IMG/VR virus record: IMGVR_UViG_3300010342_000180
Origin: an uncultured virus (IMG/VR IMGVR_UViG_3300010342_000180)
Taxonomy: Duplodnaviria > Heunggongvirae > Uroviricota > Caudoviricetes
Reading direction: 5' to 3' (one strand)
DNA: 64,000 bases
Within the stretch, counting starts at the first letter, position 1, and each line of letters begins with the position of its first letter. Under the pieces are notes generated by a model that saw only the letters and a program-made list of their open reading frames with translations, was not told the origin of the DNA and ran no database searches. Both the position numbers and the translations under genes were made by a program. Shown one piece after another: positions 47,887 to 58,424 of this stretch.

Positions 47887-48942
47887 ATGAAACAATATCA
47901 CGAATTATTAAGAAATGTTCTCGAAAACGGAATTGAAAAAGAAAGTGGAAGAGCAAATATGCCAAATGTTATTGGCATTTCTGGGGCCGAAATGAGATTT
48001 AATCTAGAAGATGGATTTCCGTTATTAACTACGAAAAAAATGTTCTGGAAAGGCGTTATCCATGAATTGTTATGGATTTTACGTGGTGAAACAAATATTA
48101 AATATCTTGTTGATAATGACGTAAATATATGGAATGGTGATGCATATCGTTGGTATTTAAAAACATTTAAAGAAGTATATAACAAAGAATCAAATCTATC
48201 TATTGAAGATTTTGTTATTGGTGTAAAAAATAACGAATCTTTTCCCACATCTAATGCCACATATACATATGGTGATTTAGGAAAAGTATACGGTCATCAA
48301 TGGCGTAACCAGAATGGCGTAGATCAATTAAAAGATATTATTAAAGGATTACAAACAAACCCATATAGTCGATATCATATTCTTGATGCCTGGAACAAAG
48401 CCGATTTTTCTGAAATGGCATTACCACCATGTCATCTATTATATCAATTTATTGTTCGGCCATTAACTAAACAAGAAAAACTTAATTGGCTTAATAAACA
48501 TTATATGACTTATGAACAAGTTCCTTGGACCATGGAACTACTTGATAAATCCGGTACTGATGATCAACTTAAAGATATGTATGGCATGCCCAGATTTTAT
48601 CTTGATATGACCATGTATCAACGTTCATGTGACACGTTTTTGGGCGTACCATTTAATATCGCATCAACGTCAGCATTCCTTATGATAATTGCTAAAATTG
48701 TTGGTATGATTCCTGGTGAAGTTAGATGGATTGGTGGTGATGTTCATTTATATAAAGCACACATAGCCGCAGCTGAAGAACAATTAACGAGAACACCATA
48801 TGAATTACCGAGATTAGAAATACATAAACTTTTGAAAACCATTGATGATATAACATCATTAACAATTAATGATTTTCAATTAAATGGGTATCATTATTAT
48901 CCTAGAATAAAACAAGAACTATTTACTGGATATAAAAGATAA
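47887..48942 (+). CDS. thyA: Thymidylate synthase
   Basis: GFPLLTTKK, ELLW, VYGHQWR, MALPPCH, YQRSCD.FLGVPFNIAS, GDVHLY. Confidence 0.95.
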   Translation: MKQYHELLRNVLENGIEKESGRANMPNVIGISGAEMRFNLEDGFPLLTTKKMFWKGVIHELLWILRGETNIKYLVDNDVNIWNGDAYRWYLKTFKEVYNKESNLSIEDFVIGVKNNESFPTSNATYTYGDLGKVYGHQWRNQNGVDQLKDIIKGLQTNPYSRYHILDAWNKADFSEMALPPCHLLYQFIVRPLTKQEKLNWLNKHYMTYEQVPWTMELLDKSGTDDQLKDMYGMPRFYLDMTMYQRSCDTFLGVPFNIASTSAFLMIIAKIVGMIPGEVRWIGGDVHLYKAHIAAAEEQLTRTPYELPRLEIHKLLKTIDDITSLTINDFQLNGYHYYPRIKQELFTGYKR

Positions 48943-48968
48943 TTATAATAAAATAAATAGCAAGTTTC

Positions 48969-49700
48969 ATGAAAAAAACAATTTTAGTTTTGTTATCTAC
49001 ATTTATATATGTGGGTGCAAGTTGTCAGGACAAAGATTTTTATAAAAAAACAAATCACTATCAGGGTCTTTTTACAACTAGTATAGTATTTCCCGATAGT
49101 TCTAAAATGACATCAGCAAATATTGGAAGTATTAACTGGTCTTCAATAAATGGTAAACCCTCAGTATACCCTTCCGAATGGTCCATTGTTAGTAATAAAC
49201 CAACATTTGCTACAGTTGCTAATACTGGAAAATATTCAGATTTACTCGATATTCCAACAACATTTCCACCAGCAACACATAACCATGATGCGTTATATAA
49301 ATCCATTGACTATATTCCTACATGGGCAGATGTGGCAGGAAAACCAACAACATTTCCACCCGTAGCACACAATCATTCATGGAATGACATAACAGGAAAA
49401 CCAAATTTTGCAACAGTCGCCACAACAGGTAGTTATACAGATCTGTTAAACGTTCCACAAACATTTACACCTACACCACATACTCACACATATGATGAAA
49501 TTACTGATAAACCTATTGAACAAGAATTATTTGAAGCAATAGAATATCTAGATTATTTACCTTTACCACAAAAAACCACAACTGAAATAAATGCGTTACT
49601 AATTCCTACAGGAAAATTTGCACTAGTTTTCGATAAAACATTAGGTGTATTAAAACTATGGAATGGAACTACTTGGACAATAATAATTACAAGTAACTAA
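48969..49700 (+). CDS. Tail-fibre-repeat protein with apparent signal peptide
   Basis: Repeats W..I.GKP, FATVA.TG.Y.DL and FPP..H.H. Confidence 0.65.
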   Translation: MKKTILVLLSTFIYVGASCQDKDFYKKTNHYQGLFTTSIVFPDSSKMTSANIGSINWSSINGKPSVYPSEWSIVSNKPTFATVANTGKYSDLLDIPTTFPPATHNHDALYKSIDYIPTWADVAGKPTTFPPVAHNHSWNDITGKPNFATVATTGSYTDLLNVPQTFTPTPHTHTYDEITDKPIEQELFEAIEYLDYLPLPQKTTTEINALLIPTGKFALVFDKTLGVLKLWNGTTWTIIITSN

Positions 49701-49711
49701 TAAAACATGTA

Positions 49712-52700
49712 ATGAAAAAAATATTTTTAAATTTTATATTGTTTTTTATAATGTGCTTCTTTACACAAGCACAAACTGTCTTAACATACCAAGGCCAAAC
49801 GTATAATTATAGCCAAGGACAATGGTTGACCGTCCCACATAATGTACGAACGACATTTTCATTTTTGAATAATTCAATAACATCATCTGCAACATCAATG
49901 TATATATTAAGCGCTGGTGATGAGGGTATTATGTCAACCAATAATAACTTAGACGGTGAAATAATATCTGGAAATAAATTTGTGTGGAATGATCCAAACC
50001 CCGGACAAAATTGGAATAGTATAACACATGGCGTATTCACCGGATGTATGATAAACGTTCAAATAAAGTATAACTATTTACAGAGAATTCCTATGGGAAT
50101 TATTCGCAAATCTGGAAGTAGTATGACAAATACGTCTGGAGGAGTCTCATATAATATCATAAACAGTTTTAACGTTGGGGGTGTTGTCAAAGGAATGAAT
50201 CATGTATATTGGTATAATAATACATTTTATCAAGATCGAACCACAGCCCAAACATGGCGAGCATGTATAGATATTTATGAAAATGACGATTCAGACGCAA
50301 ATCCTAATCCATCACCTGCTAGATATACCAAAATAAAAAATAATATTTTTTATACTAAATATAAAACTCGAGCAATAAGCATTACTGCAGATAGTAGAAA
50401 CGGTTTTGAATGCGATTATAATGTTTATTGGTGCGAAGAAGGCGATCATACTCCTGTTTTTCAGGTCGCAGGATCATTATTAACATGGAATCAATGGAGA
50501 GCACTTGGATATGATCAGCATTCAGTAGTAATGAATCCCGATTTTATTGATTTTGTTAATTTTGTTCCTAGAAATCGACTAGATTATGGAACAAATCTAG
50601 GAACAGAATGGCAAACAGGTTTATCAACTTCAGCAACTTGGGTTGTGGGAACTGCACCCACAACAACTAATCAAAACGGTACATGGCAAGTAGGCGCAAG
50701 AATACATGCCGCCCAAACACCACCAACACCACCATCAGGAGGAAATACTTATTTTCTCGCACCAAATGGTAATGATGCAACAGGTAATGGTACAATTAAT
50801 AATCCATGGTTCTCGTTAACAAGGGCATGGCAAAGTGTTAGTGCTGGCGATATTATTTACATGAGAGGCGGCACATATCAATATACTAAACAAATATTAC
50901 AAGGAAAATCTGGCACCGATGGAAATACAATTAAAGTATTTGCATATAATAATGAAAAACCAAATATAACTAAAAGTCCTTCGTATGGATCTGGAACCTG
51001 GCCAATCGCATTAATTCTTATACAAAATGGTAATTATTTACATTTTAAAGGATTAGAAATTTCGGGTTTTACACAACAAAATGAATATATATGGTCAGGT
51101 TTCTGGGTGTTTAATTCACAAAATAGTATATTTGAAGCAATTGATTATCACCATAATGGTTCACCAATGGCACTCGAAAATACAAATAATTGCACCGTAT
51201 TAAATTGTGACTTTCACCATAATCAAGATCCACTTACTTCACATGATCCTTATGGAAATTCTGATGGATTTGGAATGAATAGTTCACCTGATAGAGTTAA
51301 TGATGTTAATTATATTATTGGCTGTAGATCTTGGTGGAATACCGACGATGGATATGATGTATATGGATATTATGGCATATTATATATTGAAAATTGTTGG
51401 GCATGGCATAATGGATATATTCCCGATACATTTACAACAGCCGGCGAAGGAATGGGATTTAAATTAGGCGGAAATAATGGAACATCATCAAACTCAATTA
51501 AAAGATTTGTAAGTAATTGTGTTTCATTTAGAAACAGAAATTGGGGATATACAGAAAATACCGACGCATATAATATGAAAATCGTCAATAATGTTTCATA
51601 TCAAAATAAATATATTGGCGGAACATGGGGCGGTGGCTTTCATTTTAATACACCTGGCGTTGCATATGAAATCAGAAATAATATAAGTTATAATGATGGC
51701 GGTACTGACGCTGATTTGAATGTGACAACAAATGTTAGTCATAATACATGGAATTCTGGTTTTACCGTATCGGGCTCCGATTTTATAAGCCTTAATTTAA
51801 ATGAAATTATGGCCCCAAGAAAACCTGATGGATCATTACCAGATGTGAATCTATTCCATCTCGCTCAAGGATCAAATCTAATAGATAAAGGTATAAATGT
51901 CGGTCTTCCTTATAATGGAAATGCACCTGATTTAGGAGCATTTGAAACAAATTATTCTTTATCAGCATCATTACCAACAGTTACAACAACATCGATTACC
52001 AATATAGGTACAACAACTGCAACTGGCGGTGGTAATGTAACATCAGATGGCGGCACAACAGTTACCGCAAGAGGTGTTTGTTGGTCAACATCACAAAATC
52101 CAACAATATCTAATTCTAGAACCACAAATGGCACTGGCACGGGTTCTTTCACAAGTTCATTAACAAGTTTATCAAGTAATACTACGTATTATGTGAGAGC
52201 TTATGCAACTAATAGTGTTGGCACCGCATATGGTAATCAAATTTCATTTAGAACCACAACCGGTACTAATACTTTACCAACTGTAACAACAACAATTGTA
52301 AGTTCAATTACCGGAACAAACGCGGTTTCTGGCGGTAATGTAACTAGTGATGGAGGTTCTCCCGTTACAGCAAGAGGCGTATGTTGGGATCAAAGTGGCG
52401 CCCCAGCATTAGATAATCCACATACAACAGATGGTACTGGCACAGGATCATTTACAAGTAATATTACTGGATTAATATCAGGACGAACATATTATGTTAA
52501 AGCATATGCCACCAATGCTGTTGGCACAAGTTATGGTAATATGGTTTCTTTTACAACAGGAAATCCACCAACAGTTACCACAACATCTGTTACAAATATA
52601 ACATCATCAACAGCAACTTCAGGCGGTAACGTAACATCAAGCGGCGGATCAACGGTTACCGCACGCGGCGTTTGTTGGGCAACAACTCAAAATCCAACTA

Positions 52701-52933
52701 TAAATAATTCTATAACCACAAATGGATCCGGTACCGGAACCTTTACAAGTTCATTAACCGGATTATTAAGTAATACAACATATTATGTTAGAGCTTATGC
52801 AACAAATAGCGCCGGCACAACATACGGTAATGTAATTCAATTTACAACCGCAAATAAGCCTAATACATATATTATAAAAAGTAATCAATATAAAATTAAA
52901 CATGGAAAATATGTAATTGTTAACACAAAATAA
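49712..52933 (+). CDS. Secreted right-handed beta-helix (PL9 pectate-lyase-like) protein with three FN3-like repeats
   Basis: Signal peptide; GNSDG, NTDDGYD, GFKLGG, APDLGAFE; three PTVTT...GGNVT...VTARGVCW...YYVRAYATN repeats. Confidence 0.8.
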   Translation: MKKIFLNFILFFIMCFFTQAQTVLTYQGQTYNYSQGQWLTVPHNVRTTFSFLNNSITSSATSMYILSAGDEGIMSTNNNLDGEIISGNKFVWNDPNPGQNWNSITHGVFTGCMINVQIKYNYLQRIPMGIIRKSGSSMTNTSGGVSYNIINSFNVGGVVKGMNHVYWYNNTFYQDRTTAQTWRACIDIYENDDSDANPNPSPARYTKIKNNIFYTKYKTRAISITADSRNGFECDYNVYWCEEGDHTPVFQVAGSLLTWNQWRALGYDQHSVVMNPDFIDFVNFVPRNRLDYGTNLGTEWQTGLSTSATWVVGTAPTTTNQNGTWQVGARIHAAQTPPTPPSGGNTYFLAPNGNDATGNGTINNPWFSLTRAWQSVSAGDIIYMRGGTYQYTKQILQGKSGTDGNTIKVFAYNNEKPNITKSPSYGSGTWPIALILIQNGNYLHFKGLEISGFTQQNEYIWSGFWVFNSQNSIFEAIDYHHNGSPMALENTNNCTVLNCDFHHNQDPLTSHDPYGNSDGFGMNSSPDRVNDVNYIIGCRSWWNTDDGYDVYGYYGILYIENCWAWHNGYIPDTFTTAGEGMGFKLGGNNGTSSNSIKRFVSNCVSFRNRNWGYTENTDAYNMKIVNNVSYQNKYIGGTWGGGFHFNTPGVAYEIRNNISYNDGGTDADLNVTTNVSHNTWNSGFTVSGSDFISLNLNEIMAPRKPDGSLPDVNLFHLAQGSNLIDKGINVGLPYNGNAPDLGAFETNYSLSASLPTVTTTSITNIGTTTATGGGNVTSDGGTTVTARGVCWSTSQNPTISNSRTTNGTGTGSFTSSLTSLSSNTTYYVRAYATNSVGTAYGNQISFRTTTGTNTLPTVTTTIVSSITGTNAVSGGNVTSDGGSPVTARGVCWDQSGAPALDNPHTTDGTGTGSFTSNITGLISGRTYYVKAYATNAVGTSYGNMVSFTTGNPPTVTTTSVTNITSSTATSGGNVTSSGGSTVTARGVCWATTQNPTINNSITTNGSGTGTFTSSLTGLLSNTTYYVRAYATNSAGTTYGNVIQFTTANKPNTYIIKSNQYKIKHGKYVIVNTK

Positions 52934-53118
52934 TTAAATATGAAATGTAACACTTCTAAACATAAGAAATATTATACCGGAGATTTTTACGATTCTATTG
53001 ATGAACCTTATATCTATGAATATTGTTCAAAATTTTACTGACGTGGCAATCCAATAAATTATGATAATGCCGAACTAGATAATGATACATATATAAATTA
53101 TAAAGATTACGAAAATTT

Positions 53119-53526
53119 ATGATAGATACCGACTTTTTAACGTATGTTAAAAATTATTTTAAACAGTCTCCAAGTATAATTAAATCTGAATTGTTTTCTG
53201 AAAAACTGATACAGTCACAAAAAATAATTGACACATTATTAGAAAAAAAATTATCAGATGAAACAGAAAATGAAGCAATAGAATACATATTTTCTACAAA
53301 TTTTATATCTGAAAAAAATTTTATCGAAACCATTAATTTAGTTGAGAAATCCCAAAACTTTAAAGATGAATGTAATAAATGTAATGCCCCAAAAAATCGC
53401 CAATCTAATGAATATAAAACATTTCTTTGGCATTACCTTAATAATGAGGTGTTCCCATTTAGATATGATGATTTATATGATTTAGTTTACGTCTTATGGT
53501 ATTTTTATCATAATAAAAGGAATTAA
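53119..53526 (+). CDS. Hypothetical protein
   Basis: 135-aa ORF. Confidence 0.55.
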   Translation: MIDTDFLTYVKNYFKQSPSIIKSELFSEKLIQSQKIIDTLLEKKLSDETENEAIEYIFSTNFISEKNFIETINLVEKSQNFKDECNKCNAPKNRQSNEYKTFLWHYLNNEVFPFRYDDLYDLVYVLWYFYHNKRN

Positions 53527-54671
53527 TCCGTTTCACCTTCACCAGTTTCTGATGTTAAAAGATTAAATTGATCTTCAGATAATGGTTCACCCATATTCAA
53601 ATATTGTTTAAGTAAATGGAATCCACCTGGGGTTTTTCTATGATCCCATAAATATTTAAATTGTTCATAGGTTAATATATGACCTCGACCAATATATTTC
53701 GTTTTATCAACAAAACTTAAGTTTTTAAACCATATTAAATTACTATTTGGACTTCCTAATTTTTTAAACTCTTCCTCTTCACTTTGAGTTTTTGGCTTAT
53801 TAATAAATATTTCTTCAGTCGGAACACCCCGTTTTTGAAGATATTCAATATATTTTAAAATATCATCACCAAACTCAGCAATATTATTTGGATGATTATT
53901 TGCATCTACAATTTCATATCCATCATTAAAAGATGAATTTGTACGATTAACAACCATCAAATGTAATGGATCATCAAAATCTCTGGTTTTATCAAAAACA
54001 AAATAAAATGTGCTACCTTTCTCATCACGATATGTTTGCCAGTAGGTATTACGGGGTCTTGAAATACAAAATTTATAATGTTGACCAGTTATACCACCCA
54101 TCCCATATTTAATACATTTCCCAACATCATTACCATCATAAATTACAATACCAGTTTTTTCTTCTTCAGGTGTTCTTGGAAATATCTGCGTAGCATCGTT
54201 TTCTATATCAACATTACTTTTCCATTGACCATATCCTGTTGCTAAATCTACCATATTATTAATATAATCGGAAAATGCCTCATATTCTTTAAATGTTTTA
54301 TTTCCAATATGATATTCACCACTTATATATGGCTTATCAATTATTGGCATTGGAATCTTGTTTGCATTTATTAATTCTGATATTTTTTTAAATGTATTTA
54401 AAACGTGGGCTAAATTACCAGATCTAACATATGATATCGCCATTGGTAATGTTAAAACTTTATTTTTTGTTTGATCTGCTATTCTAAATCGTTCAATGAA
54501 TTTTATTGCTCCTTCTTTATCTACTCCAGAATTTTTGAAAAAATTTATGGCTGCCATCTCTGTTTGTCTAGATTCAAATAAATTATCAACAGATTCTGCA
54601 ATAACAGATAATGGCTTATCTGACTCAAAATACATTAAAAATAATGATCTTTTTATATTATTATTCATCAA
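53523..54671 (-). CDS. Phage hypothetical protein (FCIS...FYFVFDK family)
   Basis: Shares motifs with 31771-33501. Confidence 0.65.
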   Translation of the reverse strand: MMNNNIKRSLFLMYFESDKPLSVIAESVDNLFESRQTEMAAINFFKNSGVDKEGAIKFIERFRIADQTKNKVLTLPMAISYVRSGNLAHVLNTFKKISELINANKIPMPIIDKPYISGEYHIGNKTFKEYEAFSDYINNMVDLATGYGQWKSNVDIENDATQIFPRTPEEEKTGIVIYDGNDVGKCIKYGMGGITGQHYKFCISRPRNTYWQTYRDEKGSTFYFVFDKTRDFDDPLHLMVVNRTNSSFNDGYEIVDANNHPNNIAEFGDDILKYIEYLQKRGVPTEEIFINKPKTQSEEEEFKKLGSPNSNLIWFKNLSFVDKTKYIGRGHILTYEQFKYLWDHRKTPGGFHLLKQYLNMGEPLSEDQFNLLTSETGEGETD

Positions 54672-54725
54672 ATTATAAATATATTATAATATAAACCCCA
54701 TAATTTTTATTATACAAATAAATAT

Positions 54726-55835
54726 TTATAATTTTTTAATATGGGGCATTAATTTAGGACCTAATAATGGCTGTTTTCCTATCATATTATATAATGTTTT
54801 TAAAGTAAACTTATTAAATAGATTATCTCCTACCTTATCATATATATAATCAAATAATTCTGGATGGATTATTAATATGTCTTCTATGTCAAATGAATAT
54901 AAATTAGAAAAATTATATTTTAAATCATAAATAATTTTAGGATGTTTAATAATTAATTCTTTAACTGCTTCAGTAAACATATTCGACGCGTCAATTTCTT
55001 TTGCTAATTCAGGTTGACTCATGAATAATCTATATTTAATTATGGAATGAAGATTATTTACTAAATCCTTATCAATATATTTCACTATATCAGGATGCTC
55101 TATAATTAAATTTCCAATCGTATAATCTGCAACTAATGATAATTTTGATTTTAATTTATTTCCGGGATTAGTTACAACGTAATATAATATCGATAAATCT
55201 GATAGCATAAATGCTATATCGTCATCAGGTATATGATCAAAATTAAGATAATTACTTAATTCAGGGTTTTGCTGCAATAATGTAAACATATCATACCAAC
55301 GTAAATGAGTAAGATTTAACTTATTTGCTAATGAAGGTGATTTTATTATTATTTGTTTTAGTATTTCAGGTTCATTAATTGATTTTAAATTAAAAAAATA
55401 TCCTAGTTTCGGGTGATGTAATATGAGATTTTCAAGATCTGTACTTTTTTCAATATCTTTCTTTTTATCTTCTGGTATTATTTTAATCAATTCCGGCCGA
55501 AAATATAATGCATCGATAAATTCACTTGTATGAACATTTTCCAAATTTAAGTAAGGTATTAATTTCGGAATATATTTTAGTATCTCTTCTTTATGTGATA
55601 TAAGCCTATAATCATCTTTTTTAAAATTATAATTTTCTATGGATTCTGGATGTTTAATTATTTCATCTATTATAGAAGAATATGAAAAGCTCATATTTTC
55701 TATATTAAAAAATTCTGGGTGAGATGTTATAAAATCAAATTCTAAACAAGACCATTTATTATATGGTTGTTTATTATTAATTATATCTCTTTTACGAAAA
55801 TAAGTAGATATTAATTCTTTTTGATTTTTATCCAT
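54726..55835 (-). CDS. Helical repeat protein
   Basis: Recurrent LII.HP.L repeats of about 23 aa. Confidence 0.6.
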   Translation of the reverse strand: MDKNQKELISTYFRKRDIINNKQPYNKWSCLEFDFITSHPEFFNIENMSFSYSSIIDEIIKHPESIENYNFKKDDYRLISHKEEILKYIPKLIPYLNLENVHTSEFIDALYFRPELIKIIPEDKKKDIEKSTDLENLILHHPKLGYFFNLKSINEPEILKQIIIKSPSLANKLNLTHLRWYDMFTLLQQNPELSNYLNFDHIPDDDIAFMLSDLSILYYVVTNPGNKLKSKLSLVADYTIGNLIIEHPDIVKYIDKDLVNNLHSIIKYRLFMSQPELAKEIDASNMFTEAVKELIIKHPKIIYDLKYNFSNLYSFDIEDILIIHPELFDYIYDKVGDNLFNKFTLKTLYNMIGKQPLLGPKLMPHIKKL

Positions 55836-56096
55836 ATCTAATATACATTTTAAATAAATATTTAATTATTATACATTTTATCATTTATTGTCCATGAATA
55901 ATTTGTTATTATCGATGAATGTCGCATTTCTCCCACATCTGAATATTTACTTCCTTCAATATCTAATGTTAATTCACTAACAAACATTTTTTCTGATATT
56001 TTTATTGTAAATACTTTTATTCTTGAGTTATAATTTTATATATTAAATAATAGTTATGGAAAATACTTATAATAATTTAAAAAATCTTTATTGATA

Positions 56097-56372
56097 ATGT
56101 CACAAGATAATATGAATGTAATTGAACAACTGAGAAAACAAATTGATAAATGCGATGATGAAATTTTTACCGCACTTAGAAATAGATGCAATATATCTTA
56201 TCTCATCGGTGTACATAAAAAAAATTATAATATGCCTGTTGTAGATAATGACCGATTTATTAAAATGGTAAATGATAAAGTTGATGTATATAAAAGTAGA
56301 TTTATGGATGAAGATTTTATAAAAGAAATATATAATGTTATTCATAAACATTCTTGTAAATTACAGGCATAA
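56097..56372 (+). CDS. Chorismate mutase type II (AroQ-like)
   Basis: LRKQIDKCDDEI...R..I...IG.HK....PVVDNDR...IH.HS..LQ. Confidence 0.8.
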   Translation: MSQDNMNVIEQLRKQIDKCDDEIFTALRNRCNISYLIGVHKKNYNMPVVDNDRFIKMVNDKVDVYKSRFMDEDFIKEIYNVIHKHSCKLQA

Positions 56373-56389
56373 TTAATAGGTTATAATTT

Positions 56390-56603
56390 CTAATTTTTTC
56401 CGGAAATTTTTTTTGATTTGGATGTTTCCTGATTTTATGAAATTTTTGGCAAAAATTTTTTTTGAAAAAGGGGGGTCTGAATTTTTACTAATTTTTTCCG
56501 GAAATTTTTTTTGATTTGGATGTTTCCTGATTTTATGAAATTTTTGGCAAAAATTTTTTTTGAAAAAGGGGGGTCTGAATTTTTACTAATTTTTTCCGGA
56601 AAA
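56390..56603. repeat. Tandem 98-bp direct repeat (2 copies plus partial)
   Basis: Units start at 56390, 56488 and 56586 (CTAATTTTTTCCGGAAA...). Confidence 0.9.
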
Positions 56604-56657
56604 ATTTTATACGGGCTATTGAGCCCACTTTTAAGTACCTAAAAATGACTATATTAA

Positions 56658-56719
56658 GGGGGGATACGGAGAAGGGGGGGGGGAGGGGGGAGGGGGTATA
56701 GGACTAAATAGGAGGGGGG
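56658..56719 (+). other. Poly-G tract cluster (potential G-quadruplex)
   Basis: Five runs of 5-10 G in an otherwise AT-rich genome. Confidence 0.7.
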
Positions 56720-56922
56720 TTGTTACTTGATTTTTTCTGCAACCCAACATTACGGTCGGATCTCGACGATCCACTGGTAATAAATCAAGGAGCAAAATCA
56801 TCGTAATCAATTTTTATTTTTTAAAAAATGAAATTTGCTTCTTGAGTTTAAAACTGTACCAACCATCATCCGACTCAAGTTAATTTTTTAAATTTACTCC
56901 TTGATTTTTATTTTAACCTCAC

Positions 56923-56954
56923 AAAAAAAGGGGCTCGTATTTGAACCCCTTTTT
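56923..56954 (-). terminator. Intrinsic terminator
   Basis: A-tract, GGGG...CCCC, T-tract downstream of 56972-57571. Confidence 0.65.
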
Positions 56955-56971
56955 AGACATTTTAAGACACT

Positions 56972-57571
56972 TTATACATTTACCATATCCACACTTACAT
57001 CTACACTACTTTCAACGGGAGAATTCTTAATAATATATTGATTACCCATAAAATGTATTCTCTTAATATTATCTATCGCAATACTTGGATATATTACCTT
57101 TAATGGATTAGGATTACTCTTAATAAGATAAGATTCTAATAATTTTTTTTCGATAACGTTACCAAAATGACGGTATTTTATCTTTAATTTATCATTTTTG
57201 TATACTTCATATTGTAGGTAGTATTTTTTAGTATTATCATTATATAACACACACTTTGATATGTGGTTACCAACTTTACAGACTTGAGGTTCAAATTCAT
57301 CTAAATTATTCACCACCTTAACCCTGTCCGAATAATTATTACCCATCAGATAATTACCTTCTGCAATTTTTATAATATCCACTTTTCTTGAAGTTGACAT
57401 ACGACCACTTTTAGTAACAGATATATCTTCACGTGTATATGGATTTTCCGTAACTCTCATTTTGGGACGAGTTTCGTATCTCATCCAAAAAAATGTGCCC
57501 CTTTCCTGTGTGGAGAGTAATTTTACTAATTCATCTGTCGTTATTTCGATAATTTTTCTTTCCTTTTTCAT
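56972..57571 (-). CDS. Phage hypothetical protein
   Basis: Probable start MKKERK, downstream of a host-type promoter. Confidence 0.65.
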   Translation of the reverse strand: MKKERKIIEITTDELVKLLSTQERGTFFWMRYETRPKMRVTENPYTREDISVTKSGRMSTSRKVDIIKIAEGNYLMGNNYSDRVKVVNNLDEFEPQVCKVGNHISKCVLYNDNTKKYYLQYEVYKNDKLKIKYRHFGNVIEKKLLESYLIKSNPNPLKVIYPSIAIDNIKRIHFMGNQYIIKNSPVESSVDVSVDMVNV

Positions 57572-58068
57572 TTTAATAATTCTAATGGTTACACTCCACA
57601 AAGTAAAAAAAATAATTGACATTTACAAATTATTTTGTAACAAAATTTAATCAATATAAAAAATCAAGCAACAAAAAATTCAAGTACCAAAAACCGTATT
57701 ATATTTTGTTTCTCCAGATCTTGAAATCTAGACCCTCATCTTGGAATCTATGCTCTTAAAATTCAAGTAGCAAAAACCATAAACGTGTAGACTTGTCAAG
57801 TAACAAGTTTAATGTTATTTGCTACTTGATTATTTATTAACCAAGAAAACATATCCTGTTATGATGTCAAATACCGAGTTTAATATTATTTGCTACTTGA
57901 TTATTTATTAACCAGGAATTTCGGAAGGAGAAACTGTCATTTAACAACCGAATAGTATAATTATTTATCCAATATATGGGATAATATTTAAGAAAATGAT
58001 AATATTATTTTGTAAATTCAAAAACTTTACATATTTTTGATTCAATGTTTAACTTAATACTTTGAATT

Positions 58069-58353
58069 ATGGAAATGATTTGTGATTTTTCAATCGGAAT
58101 TGACAATGGTATTGAAAAAAATGTTTTTTTATATGATAACAGATTTACTGAGGATGAAATTATGGAGTTTTTAGAAAACGTTATCCATGATAAGTTAATT
58201 ACTATTGGTGAGTGGTGTGAAGGTACAATATCCGATAGTTCTGATACAATTATTATTCAATCCCGTTGGTGTTCAAACTATCAAAAGAGTTGGAGTGATA
58301 GTGTATGGACAAACGAGGAAATATCTATTCCGAGGAAAGTATATAATATTTAA
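58069..58353 (+). CDS. Hypothetical protein
   Basis: ORF flanked by a promoter and a terminator. Confidence 0.6.
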   Translation: MEMICDFSIGIDNGIEKNVFLYDNRFTEDEIMEFLENVIHDKLITIGEWCEGTISDSSDTIIIQSRWCSNYQKSWSDSVWTNEEISIPRKVYNI

Positions 58354-58374
58354 TTTACCATAAGTTTTGAGATT

Positions 58375-58402
58375 AAGGGTGGATAACGTCTACCCTTTTT
58401 TT
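58375..58402 (+). terminator. Intrinsic terminator
   Basis: AAGGGTGGA...TCTACCCTT plus T tract. Confidence 0.7.
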
Positions 58403-58424
58403 ATTTATAAAGGAGTAAACATGG

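Noticed and set aside
2350..52152. Many short ORFs nested in or antisense to long genes (e.g. 2350-2616, 8743-9303, 21510-21800, 43705-44124, 47898-48260, 51952-52152)
   Set aside because: Shadow ORFs of well-supported genes, with no recognisable motifs.
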